DNA from: Amoebophrya sp. A120
Taxonomy: Eukaryota > Protista > Dinoflagellata
Length of the DNA: 64,000 bases
Assembly: GCA_905178155.1 (NCBI GenBank)
Contig: CAJINV010000003.1
Span: 2,065,065-2,129,064, forward strand
Direction of reading: 5' to 3'
Every line of letters starts with the position of its first letter. Positions within the stretch are counted from its first letter, which is position 1. The position numbers and the translations under genes were made by a program. Under the pieces are notes generated by a model. That model was not told the DNA's origin. It made no database searches and was given only the letters and a program-made list of their open reading frames with translations. Below, one piece after another: positions 1 to 12,300 of this stretch.

Positions 1-794
1 GGGTGTACCGCCCGCGCCCTAGCCAGAAACTGCCTGCGTGGCGCGCCCCGCCCGCGCGGGCGGGCACGAAAAAGGGGCCGGCCCCAGGACAGGCGTGCGC
101 GGGCGAAGGGGCCCGCAGGAAGGGTGGCGCCACTTATTTTGCCCACTGGACTGACTGACTTCGCCCGGTCGGTCGCAATGGCGGTGGGCACGCACCCACG
201 CAGGCAAACCAGCTCGGCGGCCGAACTGCCGGCTCGGTCTCGGAGCTGCTGAACTATGTTGCTTGCGATGTTGTTGGTGAGCACCGAAGTGATGCTGTCG
301 CCCTGCAAGGCCTCGGCCAATAGCGTCTTCACACTTGTCTCGAGGCTCGTAACTTTGTTCTGGCCGACTTCTTCCACGCGGCGAATCGCTTCGCTGTGGT
401 CCTGCTCCTGTTGCTGCTTCTGTGCGAACTATAGATTGCCCTTGCGGGCAAGTTCGGTTTCCGTTTCATTTCGCAGTGGCCGAGCTTCGACCTGCGCAGA
501 AGTTCTCAAGTCCTGGTCTTTCTTGAGCGCCTCGAATTCCCCGCGTAGCTTCGCGCTCGCCTTCTGCAAAATTTCCACCGTATGCGACAATTCCAGAACC
601 TTCGCCTCCGTTCCTCGTAATGCCTCGCCACCTACTGGCACTGCTTTCGGCGCGAGTGGTTTTGGGGCTCCAGTTGTGTCTTGCGTTTGCTGCTCCGCAG
701 AACGGAGCGAGTGGTTTTGGGGCTCCGCAGAACCGTGAATCCCTGTCTGACGCAGACGGAGACGGCGAGTTCCTCTTCCTCGTCGAGCAGACAC
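1..794 (-). pseudogene. Coiled-coil ORF with in-frame TAG at 429-431 (possible TE-derived or decayed gene, runs toward window edge)
   Basis: ORF 429..794 (EAKVLELSHTVEILQKASAKLRGEFEALKK) continues in the same frame past the TAG as FAQKQQQEQDHSEAIRRVEEVGQNKVTSLETSVKTLLAEALQ. There is a local duplication of ggagccccaaaaccactcgc, and the 1-250 segment is very GC-rich. Confidence 0.35.
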
Positions 795-1296
795 AGACTA
801 TATTATATTTATATAAATTTGAAATTGAATTTTATGACGCATGCAAATGGCCTTTTTGCATGAGAACAGAAACAGGAATTTGGACAGCTCAGGTTCACTC
901 GCAACAACAAAAACTCCGCACCGAAACTCACTCGGGACCGAGAAAGAGGAAAGCACTTCAGCCCCTGCCGTCTCACCAAACACAGTCTCGCTGCCCTATG
1001 AAGCAGAAGAATGAGATAATGTAAGGGAGTGCTCGCTTGTTTGTCGTGTCATAGAATTTTTATGGCGGACAGGGGTACCGGTTCACCGACCATAAAACCA
1101 TATTATATTTATATAAATAGTATGTATTAGAAACCGGTAAGTATGCGTCTTCCTTTTGCAGGCTGCGTTCGTCCATGGACATCACGACGGACGAATTTAG
1201 TGAAGTAAAAACGAAAACTTGTTTCTATGTATTTTTTTTCAGAAGGGTACTAGAGGCAAATAAAATTAAAAATTTCAATTTTTCTTCTTTCATCTA

Positions 1297-3696
1297 CTAG
1301 CCCAGCAAGTCCTCCAGTTCTGACTCCAAGGAGGACGCGGAGGCCCTGCTGTTTCGATTGTCCTTCAAACTACTCTCGTCAATGATACCGCTTGCCTTGC
1401 TGTCTCGACTTTCGCCATGACTTGTGCGTGAGTTCCGAAAATCCAAATCTCGTCCTCCAGCAGAGGAATGCAGATCAGAAACCTCCTCTTCAGCCTTTCC
1501 GGACTCCCTGTTGCCAGGCGCGGCAGCGCAGACATCTGTAATATCAGGGAGCGAAGCGGTGTTGTCTCCTAGAACAAGAGCCTCCGCGTTTTGATCCTCG
1601 CTTTCTTCCTGGATCAACACGTTCGCTGTACTTTTACAACTAGGCTCCTTACTCTCTGAAAGTTGCCTATTTTTACGCGTCGTTTCGGCGTCCAGCTTGT
1701 TCGCAGCGACGAGAGCTGCAGTTATAGCGGTACTTCTAGAAGCTTTCATTTTCCGGCGAAGGTACTTCTCGATTCGATCCTGTAAGGTGGCTTTCGACGT
1801 TTTTGCGGCTTTCGCAGTCGTACTTCTTGAACACGTGGGATCCCCGTGCACCAGCGATCGGCTTTTTCTTCCGTGTAGCCGTCGCGCCCAGCACTCGCTG
1901 ATTCGCACGATATCGTTGGCAAGCGCGATTGCTATTTGGTGTTCAGCACGATTGATGTACTGACTTGTTTCATCCAAAGAAGACTCCGTCCGTCGATCAC
2001 CACGTCGTGGTGGAACTGACGGCTTCCGGCTCGTCCCTGTATTCACTTGCGCTGCTGTACTCAACGTGAGGTTGGCTGTGTCTTGCCGTTTCAGCGTCGA
2101 CTGACGAATCTGCTGCACCGACACATTCGTCGCGGTGCGCCGTCCGGTGGACACCCGTCCGGGCGGCGGAAAAAACGACCCATTGTTAGGACTACTCGCA
2201 CCTCCGCCCGCGCTGGTGGGAGCACTTGCCTTGTTCTTCAAATTGCCGCTTGGTCGGTTGCGCCCGCGCGCAATGGAAGACCGGCTGAAAGTCACCGACG
2301 ACGTACCGCGTGCGCTTGTCACGGACCGAGTTTCCCCTCCTGTGTCGGGGTCCACCTCCGCACCCTTGGTTTTCCCGGTCGCCTTTACCGTTCGCTTTTC
2401 CGCACTGCTCTCGCTAGTATCGGAATTCCGGCTACCGTGGCCGGAAGAATTTTTCGCAGATGAGTTTTCATCGTCAGAGCGATCATCCTCTCCGTCATCC
2501 TCGTCCGAAGAATCCGGAAACTGCTCCGTGTTGAACACTTCCTCTCCGAAATCCATGTAGCTCGCGAAGTGCGGCAACAGCAGCTCCAGTCCGTATTCCA
2601 AATCCGCGGTGGCGTTCTCGATTTGCGTTCGCTTTGCCTTGACCTCCGCAATCTCCGCGTGTTTGCGGTCGACTCGATCCTGCAGTTTTCCCTTCAGCAC
2701 GAACTGAATTTTTTCGATGGGGTTTTTCGCCTCCTGTACCTCGATGAACTTCGTGATGTCGGTCAGTTCGTTCTGCAATTCCGCCTGCTTCTCCAGGTGT
2801 AGTTCTTCTTCCTGTTTCCGCTCCCGCACCAGGTTCGCGAACAACTCCGAGAACGTTCGCAGCAACTTGCGCAACAAACTACCCCGCTCGACACATTCCC
2901 GCTCGCAGTCTTGCAAGCAGTTCCCAAACTGCAATGAAATTTGCGCCACCACGTTCGCCAGTTCGGCGACAAGGAGCTCCTCGTTGTTCTTCTGCAATTG
3001 TGCAAGCACTGGTCGTGCTCCACTGGGTAAAGGCAGCACATCAACGGAGTTTTTCGTTGTCGCGCCGAGCAACTTATTTACTCGGACCGGAGAGGGCGTG
3101 TCTTTGGCTGTCGGGTAGTAAGAAGTAGATCTGGTCTTCGTAAAGATACTGCCAGAATGTAGTTCCTCTGGTAGTTGTTCCTGCAGCAGCGGGTACAATG
3201 TTGTCGAGCCGGCGGTGGCTGTGGCAAAAGCGCGGTCAACCGCCTGTCCCAGGGCCGGCACCGATTTCGTCGCCGTCGTCGATGCGCCGCGCCTTGACGT
3301 CGTCCTGGATTCTACTTCCGACCGGTTGTTACTTGAATCGTGCCAGTTCGCGCGTAAGCACTGCCTCTGAATGCGCGCCAATCGCAGACCCACGTCAGCA
3401 GTGAGGGGAAGCAGGCTGGTCGCCCGATCCCAAAAATGAATCCCGGCTGCCGCAGCATCGTCATGTAGATCCTTATCCTCGTCCACGTGTTTATTTTCCG
3501 CGTCCCAGCCTAATGCCGCTAAAGTGGTCAGATTGTCGCGACCGTGCCGCGGGGTAATATCGTCCAGAATACCGCGAGATGCTACTTTTGCGTCCGCAGT
3601 CTTGTTAGGGAAGGGAAGAGCACCTTCGTTCTCCAATAGCGCTAGGTGGTCACGGCGTAGCTTCTCCGCGACATGCTTGACTTGCAAAGCGCGCAT
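1297..3696 (-). CDS. 799-aa coiled-coil/low-complexity protein with a segment resembling the axonemal dynein light chain (p28/AXDND1-like) domain
   Basis: Long ORF. The motif QISLQFGNCLQDCERECVERGSLLRKL resembles the QVT..C.ERG.LL signature and is followed by a coiled coil. Confidence 0.55.
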   Translation of the reverse strand: MRALQVKHVAEKLRRDHLALLENEGALPFPNKTADAKVASRGILDDITPRHGRDNLTTLAALGWDAENKHVDEDKDLHDDAAAAGIHFWDRATSLLPLTADVGLRLARIQRQCLRANWHDSSNNRSEVESRTTSRRGASTTATKSVPALGQAVDRAFATATAGSTTLYPLLQEQLPEELHSGSIFTKTRSTSYYPTAKDTPSPVRVNKLLGATTKNSVDVLPLPSGARPVLAQLQKNNEELLVAELANVVAQISLQFGNCLQDCERECVERGSLLRKLLRTFSELFANLVRERKQEEELHLEKQAELQNELTDITKFIEVQEAKNPIEKIQFVLKGKLQDRVDRKHAEIAEVKAKRTQIENATADLEYGLELLLPHFASYMDFGEEVFNTEQFPDSSDEDDGEDDRSDDENSSAKNSSGHGSRNSDTSESSAEKRTVKATGKTKGAEVDPDTGGETRSVTSARGTSSVTFSRSSIARGRNRPSGNLKNKASAPTSAGGGASSPNNGSFFPPPGRVSTGRRTATNVSVQQIRQSTLKRQDTANLTLSTAAQVNTGTSRKPSVPPRRGDRRTESSLDETSQYINRAEHQIAIALANDIVRISECWARRLHGRKSRSLVHGDPTCSRSTTAKAAKTSKATLQDRIEKYLRRKMKASRSTAITAALVAANKLDAETTRKNRQLSESKEPSCKSTANVLIQEESEDQNAEALVLGDNTASLPDITDVCAAAPGNRESGKAEEEVSDLHSSAGGRDLDFRNSRTSHGESRDSKASGIIDESSLKDNRNSRASASSLESELEDLLG

Positions 3697-4012
3697 GTTC
3701 CTTTTCTATCTTAATGTCAGAGTGCTTGTTCCAAGCTCCGGACGAGGGTCAACATAACGATGTTCAAAGCTACATATTAGACACATCGCTCACAGTAGTA
3801 CGTGTGTGTGATGGAAGGGCGAGGGACATATTGACTGAGACACGGCTTGTTTCAAAACTGCGTCTGTTCTTGCGCCTGGATGCACAGCAATCAAACGGGA
3901 AGGAACGAAAAAATTCCCTGCAAAAATTAAAAAAAAATTCGAACACGATTTTGGTAGCGGCAACGACTTCCACCAGTCTCCTCAGTAGGAGCATACTTAT
4001 TAGGTAAGTACT

Positions 4013-5098
4013 TCATCGATGTGCTACAGTTGAGGTGGCGGACAAAGTTACGTCTTGCAGCTTGCTTCTGCATATTCGCTGGAACTCATCGCACAGCTCG
4101 TCCGCAAATAAATGCAAGGACTCAATACTGGATGTACTTTCCGCGGTACCCACATGTTCACTCTGAATTTTACTTTTCAGCCGAGCTGCGATGTCTTTCT
4201 TTGCTACTCCAAGTTGCTTTGCCAGCATCTGTTTCTGGGTTGCATCTACTGCGGTCTCCAGGGACAAGGAGATAAGCTTCCGGCAGCGGGATTCCAGCAA
4301 GTCCTTTAGTTCACCGAGCGCGGCTGCACTTGAGTCAGAGTCCTTGTCTTTATCCGCAAGAAACAGCTCCTGCTCTGGCTTCGGGACGGCGTCGGGCGTG
4401 CTTGTCAAAATGAATTCCACTACCTCCTCGAAACTTGTTGTTGGAAGTGATTGTGGCTTTTGGACGCCCTCCTCGCGCTTCGAAAAATCCTCCACTCTAG
4501 TACTCCCAGCCGCGTCCTCCTCATTCATATCACCGTAGTCTAGGTTCACTACGTGTTTCTCCCAGGTTGACCCCCGGCTGGTAGCTGTGGACGTCGGCGC
4601 CTCCAGCACTTCCGCCATGTTGAGTAGTATGGCATCCGGAACGCGAGCGCGACCCTGTCGCTGGGCGTTCCGCAAGAGGCAGGACTCCAGGCCGGCGCGA
4701 AAGGTTATGGTTTTGTACTGGCACCGAAACTCGCGCGCCAGTTGGAAAAACGGCTTCCGCATCGAGCGCAGGTAGAAATTGTCGTCCAGGAGATGAATCG
4801 TGCACTTTTTTATTACGCCGTCGTCAGGATCTCGTCCCTTTTCTCCAGCCAACGCGTTTCGCACATTTGTCACCACTGCACCCCGGGCTTCCCGCCATTT
4901 TTCAGGGTCAAAAACGGTGCTCAACTCCTGCTCGAGTTTGTCGTACTCGTGCAAGACCAAGCGTGCCCTGTCGCCAATTTCACGCTGAAGTCGGGCGCAG
5001 AGCGACGACTTCCCCGCGGCCGGTAGCCCAACCAGAAGGACGACTTGATTGGTGCTGCAGACTTTCTCGTCCAGCGGGGTCGAGCCACGTTGATACAT
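4013..5098 (-). CDS. PSTK: O-phosphoseryl-tRNA(Sec) kinase (L-seryl-tRNA(Sec) kinase)
   Basis: P-loop LVGLPAAGKS, LLDDNFYLRSMR and CLLRNAQR...LEAP motifs typical of PSTK. First ATG at 5098; the ORF track extends to a GTG at 5161. Confidence 0.8.
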   Translation of the reverse strand: MYQRGSTPLDEKVCSTNQVVLLVGLPAAGKSSLCARLQREIGDRARLVLHEYDKLEQELSTVFDPEKWREARGAVVTNVRNALAGEKGRDPDDGVIKKCTIHLLDDNFYLRSMRKPFFQLAREFRCQYKTITFRAGLESCLLRNAQRQGRARVPDAILLNMAEVLEAPTSTATSRGSTWEKHVVNLDYGDMNEEDAAGSTRVEDFSKREEGVQKPQSLPTTSFEEVVEFILTSTPDAVPKPEQELFLADKDKDSDSSAAALGELKDLLESRCRKLISLSLETAVDATQKQMLAKQLGVAKKDIAARLKSKIQSEHVGTAESTSSIESLHLFADELCDEFQRICRSKLQDVTLSATSTVAHR

Positions 5099-5899
5099 TG
5101 TGAATGCGCACAGGCTCGAAGCCGCTCGTTTGTAAAGTAAAAGTTTGAAGAAAGAAGCCACTATACATGAGCTTTCATTTTGTTTTCGTCTTCGAATTTA
5201 GTGCGGAAGCACACAGAACGAGAATGCGATTGGCGCAGTCTATCGATCATACAGGTGTGAGCTGGTTGAAGAAGTTCACAAAAGCAATACAGAATGCGCG
5301 TCTGATATGTGAAAATTGTAAATCACAAACACGCACTCGCACGAGCAGAAGTATATAAAAATCTTGTTTCAAGATAAGTTTCTTTGTGTGCCATCCGGTC
5401 CGGCGACTCAGTCTCGCCAGGATCCATGTACTCCTAGCAGCGGCATCATTTTTATGAAGATCAACCGGAGCAAGACTTTGCGGGATCCGGATCTCTTTGT
5501 GCAAAGGAAGACGCACGGTCCCATTCGTTGAAAAGAACGTTCGTCTATCTACTGTGATATGCATATCAATCTATGGGTCAGGGTCGAAGATAGGCTATAA
5601 AAAAAAATCCACCAGAGCCAGTGGACACGAACACTTAGCAACGAGCATTTACCTGGCGCAGTCATTTCGTCGCAATTTCCCGTTGTTGTCGCGGTGCCCT
5701 CTGACAGCCACTGCACAAACTTTGCTCCGCATCACAACATTCTCCCAGGCCGAAGAAAGAGTCGGAGGATCGACATGGGACTCGCTCGGCCCATCAACCC
5801 TAAAGCTAAGTTAGTGCGAGTTCTAAGTCGCACCACGTTTTTCTCATCTTCCGCACAGGAGAGGACAACTGCCGGAAGAAAGCAGCCAGCGCTTCTACT

Positions 5900-8800
5900 T
5901 CATCGGTCTTGCCAGACTGCCGCCGATTCCTTGACGCCGGTGCGTTCCAATGGCGGCGGCGCGTCGGGCGTTGTAGGTAGCGACTTCTCTCTCTGCGGAA
6001 ATTGAAAAAAGTCGCTCTCCTGTGTGGCTAGGCTTCGCGACGGTAAAAAGTCACTTTGCACAGCAGAGCTAGACGCCCGCTCTGCGCTACTACGATCACC
6101 AGTAGGCCGCATTGATATTGCGTCGTCTGAACCTGATCCTTCAGGGTAGTTGTACGGCGAGTCATTCTTGCTGGTGTGCATATGATCTGTTATGTTCGGC
6201 TCGGCTAGAGGCAATGGCGCCGGCGGGGTCGGCACCACGTGAGAAACGAGGTCAAAGTCTCCCGGTTCGGGGGGAACCACCACCCAATTGCCTGGGGTCG
6301 GCGACGTGAGGTCTTCGATGCTCACATGGGCGGCCCGACGCGAACTTGCCGCTTCGTGCGGAGCAGCTCTACTAGTATCTTCTGCGTCAGACAAGTCGGC
6401 GTCCAGCAAAGCCGCGGTCCCGGGCGCCGCACTCCCGATAGGCGTTCCGAGGCGCGAAGCAGTTGCGAGAAGCTTCTCGACGCGAGCCTCCATATCGGAA
6501 AGATTGGCGTGGTACTTGGTTGGGGTCCTCGCTTCGCCCCCGCTGCGCCAAGTTGTCTTGGAGGGTGATCCGAAATCCGAGACTACGTCCGTCAGTGGCG
6601 GATAAGCACTCGCCAACCCCCGCAAATACGCCTCGGCCGTCGGAGTCAGTGCCTGCCCAATGTTCTTCAGGTCATCGTCCTCACGCCCTTGCATTTGAGA
6701 CGTACCGATACCCCGCAGCTTCTCGTCGTGGGTCGCGTTGTGGGGGTCGAACAGGGGGTCGACGGCGATGTGGCTGCCTCCAGAGAGCCACGACCGCGGA
6801 AACGACGTTTCATCTCCAGTGCCAGGAACGCTCGTCCACCGTGCGAACAAACCCTGGCGGAAATACACGTAGCAGAAGGCAAGAAAAAACACCGCAATCA
6901 GGCTTACGCCGATCAGAATGGTCATTTCGGCCACGTCCAGGCCGTCGTCCCCTGAACTTGTTGCGCCGGTTGCTGATGCTGTGCCACTGCCATGCGCCGC
7001 ACTTCCACTCGCTCCGGCAACTTCAACGACGGGCCCCGTGATTCCGGCCACAAGCTCGGGGCCTGTCACGCTGCCAGATTGCACCGCCAGTGCGAAGAGA
7101 TTGTCGCCACGCGCCGGCAGGGCCAGGTCTTGGATCTCCAGCCGCAGCTTACTTACAAAGTTGGAGCTTTCCGAAATCTGCCGGAGTTCGTTGCGAACCC
7201 CGAGTGCGTCCCAGGCTGTTGCGATATTGCGAAACTCCAACCCAAACAGAACACTCGAGGACGCCAAGGGAGGAGATGTTGAAGAAGTCGCTAGAGCGCG
7301 AAACGAAAAAAGTGATGCTGCTGCTGGATGAGCCCGCGTCTGCCTGTCCTTGGTCCGACGCTTGTTGCGTAAGGCAGCTGCATTGGGCCCTTGTACTTCT
7401 ATGAGGCTTTCTTGTTCCTGCTTGCGCTCCTCGAAGCGCATCCTCTGTGCTGCGCAGGACACACATGCTGCAAGCTCCTGCGAATTTGGGGTTGACTTCT
7501 TCGCGCTTAGTGCGAGACCCATCTGTGCGAACACCAACGCCCTTTGCCTGCTGTTTATATTGTCTCTGTCCTGGTCTTGGTCAATAAAATGGTGCACGAC
7601 AGTTGTCGCCGAGCTACCTCCATGTCCATCAAGATAGCGAGCAGGCACATCTTTCCGTTCCAACATGCGTGTTGCGTTTGCCGGAACTGGAACTGGAACG
7701 AACGAAAGCAATCGAGACACAGATCCACCGACATGCTGTGGCTTTTCTCCCTGGGGCTTAAGAGCTTCCTCGATGTGATGCGCGATCGTTGCTTTTGCAG
7801 AAACTGCTGGTGTCAGCGCTTGACTCTTCTTCTTCTGTACCGCTTCCCTTGTTGTGGCGAGTGTAGACGCCGAAGACAATGTAGATGCTCTCGTCTCAGC
7901 GCTCTCCCTTTCTGCATTTCTTAATCTTGCTTGTTCAGCCTGGAAGAGTTGCCTTCGCAAAACAACGACGGGCGGAAAGGACTGCAGCTCGAGGTCAGCC
8001 CCGTTCGCGTCCAAAAGAGTGACAGACGTGAGCACGATGTTGTCTGCGGAGATCCCGCCGCTAATCGTGGTCAACAGCGCCGTCTGCAGTGCTTGCCGAA
8101 ACAGCGGGTCCTGTTGCAGCGCGGTCCGGTTGAAAAAAGCCGCCGGAAGCTGCATAGGAACCCGCAGCGTTGTGGTGACGTTGAACTTGTTAGGGTTGGC
8201 GCGCTTGGAGCAGCGGGGCTGAGCGCCTGGGCACGGTACCCACGTGTTCTGGTACAGCTGGAAGAGGTACGATGTTTTGCAGCCGCAGCGTGCTTGGTCG
8301 TGCTTCGTCTTCATAACAACCCCGGAACCCGCGTGGTTGAGACACTGCTCCGGGTGCGCGAACACTTCCGCGGGAGAGCAGGTGCCCTCCTGGCCGATCA
8401 CGACCCGCAAGCCGGGCCGCGTCAGTTGATTCTCCAGGACCGCCATATCAATGCTGGACACCACGTCCGCGGCGCTCGTCAAGCAGACTTTCAAGGTCGG
8501 ACAACAAAAGCGGGATGCGCACTGGTGCCCGTAATTGCACTTTTGCAACCGCTGCAGCTCCTGACCCGAACAGCTGCTGGGGGGCGCCAGCGAGGACAAG
8601 GCACAGGTCGCGCGATCATAGCAGGCGTCGGTGAAGCAAAAGGAACGCTGCTGGCAAGAATCCCCACAGTGGCAAAGCAGCTGCGTTTCTCCATCCGACG
8701 TATGACCGTAGATCGCCCGAGCTTGGTTGCACAGCTTCCCGCGCCACCAGCTGCACGGGCGCCCGTCGTCATCCCGGAAAGAAGGATCGTCCACGCACTG

Positions 8801-8938
8801 GCCCCAGACAGAAGTTGTTGTGCTGTCCAGCATCGACGTTGTACACAACGCGAAGGAGCAAAATGGGCGGGCCAGGCAGCTCGTCCTCAGGTCTATCAGT
8901 AGACTTTGACGACCGGGCGATGAACGAGACCTACTCAT
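5900..8938 (-). CDS. 1012-aa single-pass membrane protein with Cys-rich N-terminal extracellular region
   Basis: Intact ORF. Cys-rich N-terminus (CVDDPSFRDDDGRPCSWWRGKLC...), hydrophobic TM ILIGVSLIAVFFLAFCYVYF, and a low-complexity tail. Confidence 0.7.
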   Translation of the reverse strand: MSRSRSSPGRQSLLIDLRTSCLARPFCSFALCTTSMLDSTTTSVWGQCVDDPSFRDDDGRPCSWWRGKLCNQARAIYGHTSDGETQLLCHCGDSCQQRSFCFTDACYDRATCALSSLAPPSSCSGQELQRLQKCNYGHQCASRFCCPTLKVCLTSAADVVSSIDMAVLENQLTRPGLRVVIGQEGTCSPAEVFAHPEQCLNHAGSGVVMKTKHDQARCGCKTSYLFQLYQNTWVPCPGAQPRCSKRANPNKFNVTTTLRVPMQLPAAFFNRTALQQDPLFRQALQTALLTTISGGISADNIVLTSVTLLDANGADLELQSFPPVVVLRRQLFQAEQARLRNAERESAETRASTLSSASTLATTREAVQKKKSQALTPAVSAKATIAHHIEEALKPQGEKPQHVGGSVSRLLSFVPVPVPANATRMLERKDVPARYLDGHGGSSATTVVHHFIDQDQDRDNINSRQRALVFAQMGLALSAKKSTPNSQELAACVSCAAQRMRFEERKQEQESLIEVQGPNAAALRNKRRTKDRQTRAHPAAASLFSFRALATSSTSPPLASSSVLFGLEFRNIATAWDALGVRNELRQISESSNFVSKLRLEIQDLALPARGDNLFALAVQSGSVTGPELVAGITGPVVEVAGASGSAAHGSGTASATGATSSGDDGLDVAEMTILIGVSLIAVFFLAFCYVYFRQGLFARWTSVPGTGDETSFPRSWLSGGSHIAVDPLFDPHNATHDEKLRGIGTSQMQGREDDDLKNIGQALTPTAEAYLRGLASAYPPLTDVVSDFGSPSKTTWRSGGEARTPTKYHANLSDMEARVEKLLATASRLGTPIGSAAPGTAALLDADLSDAEDTSRAAPHEAASSRRAAHVSIEDLTSPTPGNWVVVPPEPGDFDLVSHVVPTPPAPLPLAEPNITDHMHTSKNDSPYNYPEGSGSDDAISMRPTGDRSSAERASSSAVQSDFLPSRSLATQESDFFQFPQREKSLPTTPDAPPPLERTGVKESAAVWQDR

Positions 8939-9319
8939 AGTCTGATAAAAATCCTCCCCTGCAACTACGCGCTGCTTGTTTCACTTCTTTGCCTGTGTAC
9001 TCCTTGCTTTAATAGTGGACAGCACCACACTTACTTTGCACACGGTGCCGAGTTTGGCGCTCCTCGCTTCCTTCGTGTCCCTTTTACATTCTCGCTCACT
9101 GCGCTGCACTCGAAATCGCTCGCGCGAATAGCTCGTCCGGAAGCGAGCGCGCAAATGAAACCCAGCGTCGCAGCGACTGGCGAAAACACGCTCCTGGGCA
9201 CGAAACTCTCTCGGGATCGGACAAGTGGATACGAACACTTCGTAGCGAGCTTGCAGCTTGTCCTGCTCGTGCTCCTCTCAACATCTTATTACTGAAACTT
9301 CTGCCGTTGTGTGTGTCGC

Positions 9320-12300
9320 TTACCGTCGTCCTGAGGGCAATGCCTGTGACGAATCATTATTTCTTCGCGATTTTCCGCTGTTCTTGTCATCTCCGAACAA
9401 TAGTCGCTTCAGCGAGGCAATCGCTTGCTTTATCCATCGCAGTACGGTTCTCGGTCCCTCCCGCGCGAGGCGCTTGATGGCGTCTTGCACCAGTTTGAGA
9501 ACGTCTGGCATGTATCTGTCAATCATACCTCCGACGTACTCCTTCACCCAGCCGAAGAAAGATATCATCTTGTTATCGTTGTTTGTACTGGGTGGAGAGG
9601 AAGATGACTCGTCGATTGTTGTTGCAAACGAAGCACTTATCCAAAGAAAAAAGCTTAATATAGCTGTAACTTTGTTGGAAGAACAGCATTACAAATCCGT
9701 CTGGCATGAGAGCAAAAACCTGTCATGCGCAGATAGCACCGCAAAACGCGCTTGAATGGACCTTGGAATGCATGACCAGCATGACAGATGTTGCCGATCT
9801 TCCATGTTGCGCATCACAAAGTTACACTGACAATCTTTTTTTCTTCGATAGAACTGGATGCTTGTTCCGATGCCGCCGTCCTTCTGCTGGCTCGCCGTGA
9901 GCGAAGATGTCGCTTCGCTTTAGCTCTTCCGGCTTCCCCGACGTCTCCTTCGTCGACTAACGCGTTTGACGGAGGAAATAACCGCAGCTCAAACAGCGTC
10001 ATTAGCAGAGGGGTGATAGCCTGGCTGAAGAGCACGGGGAGGGGGGTTTGGCGAATGTAGGGAATGAGGGCGACCAGCTGGCTGAGCCCTCGGCCTAAAG
10101 TACTGGCCAACATGGACAGCAGCCCCTCGATGACGCCGGACGTGAGAGAACTTTTGATCCCCTCCCACACCCGCTTTCCAAACCGGCCTAGCCGCTCCTT
10201 GCCGCGCGCAATCTGCTGCAGAACGGTCTGAAATATGGTCTGCAGCTTCGACGGAATCGCATGTAGCACTTTCACGACACCGGTCAGAATGTTGCTCTGA
10301 AAATGCATTTGCGTCTTCATCTCTCCTTCTGCCAGTTGTACGACTGTTGTACCAGCAGCGGGGCTTGGAAGCAGGTTTTTTTCGAGCTCCAGCTGCGGCT
10401 TTACATTCATCGTTTGCCTGCCATCGCGTTCTGCTCCCAAAACGCCGTGAGTTAGTGCTTCACGCTGCAAATGTGGTTTTTCTACTGCATGTTTCTGGCT
10501 GAAGTTCTGTTGCCGCGATCGACTGATCGCTTTCGGTTGCTCTTCGGCATGTCTTTCTCCCGCCGTCGAGCGTTTTCTTCCAGCCGAATATGCTCCTTCG
10601 GCTGAAGCTTCAAGGTCGGTATCTTCTAGAAGGTGTTGCCTCTCGTCGTCCTGCAGAAGCGCAGTTGTAGTTGCCCCTGCTTCGTCCGAGTATTCTGTTG
10701 GAAGAAGATGGTCGTCGCCGCGTCGCAGTGAAGTAGTCGTGTAGGACCTATCAGGCGTCCTTTCTTGTCCCGTTTGCTGTTCTCCCCACGGTGTCCTGAC
10801 GGCGTTGTGCGGCAGTTGTACTAGGGCAACTTCTACACTGGTAGAGTTCGGCAAGTCGTCTACTTCAGGAACAGGAAGGGGAAACCCTTCGTCTTCGTCC
10901 CGTCGTCTCGAACTCGAAGTTGTGATATGCTCGGGGAATGGCACGGACGCATGGATCCCTTTTTGCGTGAATGAATCGGCCGAAGCGCCGCCCGACCTGA
11001 AGTGGAAGGAGGAGCCGTCGGTTGTGGCGTGGTGCCTCGCTTCTACACGACCATCTACCGTATTTCTAACCTGTACCCGTATGCGTGTCCTCTTCCGGCG
11101 CCGGTGTGCCCCCGCGGCGGAGCGAGGGGGGTTGTATACTTGCGGCCCTCGTCCGTCCTCGCTGCCTTCTTGAGATGAGTCGAAGAGGTCGTTCTCGTGC
11201 CGCGGCGCGAGGCCCTCCACTTGCTCCTCTCCATCCGCGTTGCTTTCTGCAGATTCGTCAACAGAGTCTTGCCTACTTTGTTCTTTCACCGCTTTCGTTC
11301 TTTCGTCGCCGTCGTCGTCTCGTTCCTGCCGCTGCAAATGCCTCGGCTCAACATTTTTGTACCCTTTATGTTTGCGCTCGTTTTTCAGCAGATTTTCTGT
11401 TTCCTGGATCTCCGTTCTGAGCCCAGCTTGACGCGTCTGGATGTGCTTCAACCGGGTTTTTATGGCTTCAGTGCTGGTCGAGGCCTTGGCCATATCCTGC
11501 AGGTTGAATCGCCGCAGGTTGTTCACGCGGACACGCTCGCGCAGCACAGTTACTTTCTCCTTCAGCAAATCTGCGCAGTGCACCAGTTCTGGCTTGGCGT
11601 GTGCTCGCTTACCGTATGGGCGACCTTTCGTCTGCGCAACAGCACCAGAGGCTGCTGCTGCACTTGATGTTGACATTTTTCTTCCAGCTCTGAGAAGCTG
11701 AAGCTCCGGACCGACCGGAAAAGAATCCCCACTTTTTGACCGCAACACCCCAATGTCTGCGGTGATGTTGCGGGTCAGATCCTTGAGCTTCACGTCGTAG
11801 TCTCGGAGTTCTTGGTTCAGGCTCTTTCTCCGACGGACCAACTCTTTCTCCAAATTCTTTGTTCTCGCGCCATTTTTGTTTGCCTTTTCTTCTAGCTCCA
11901 GGATGTCATCCCTCGTTGCTGTATGGTCCGCCTTTTTCGTTTGAATCAGGTCGTGCAGATCATCTACAGCGTCTTCGTCGTCACTACTCGTTTCCGAGGC
12001 CAACTTGTCGTCCTCCTCTGCACCAGCACCCCGGGAGGAGGTGTCGCTTTGCTCCTTCGCCTCTTTGCCAGCCCACCAGCTGGACCCCTTCACCAGTTTG
12101 TCGCGGAACCAGGAAATCAGACTTTTGCCCAGGCCCGCCAGCATTTCGCCGAAGTGCAGCTTGCCCAGTACCCGGCTAGCCAAGCGGAGCACGACGAACT
12201 GGAGACCCTCGAACAAAGACTCGTAGAGCAAGCCCTCCATAACTCCACCCACGACGAACGAGAGCGCCACCCGGAGCGAGTCGAACGGAATCGCCTTGAG

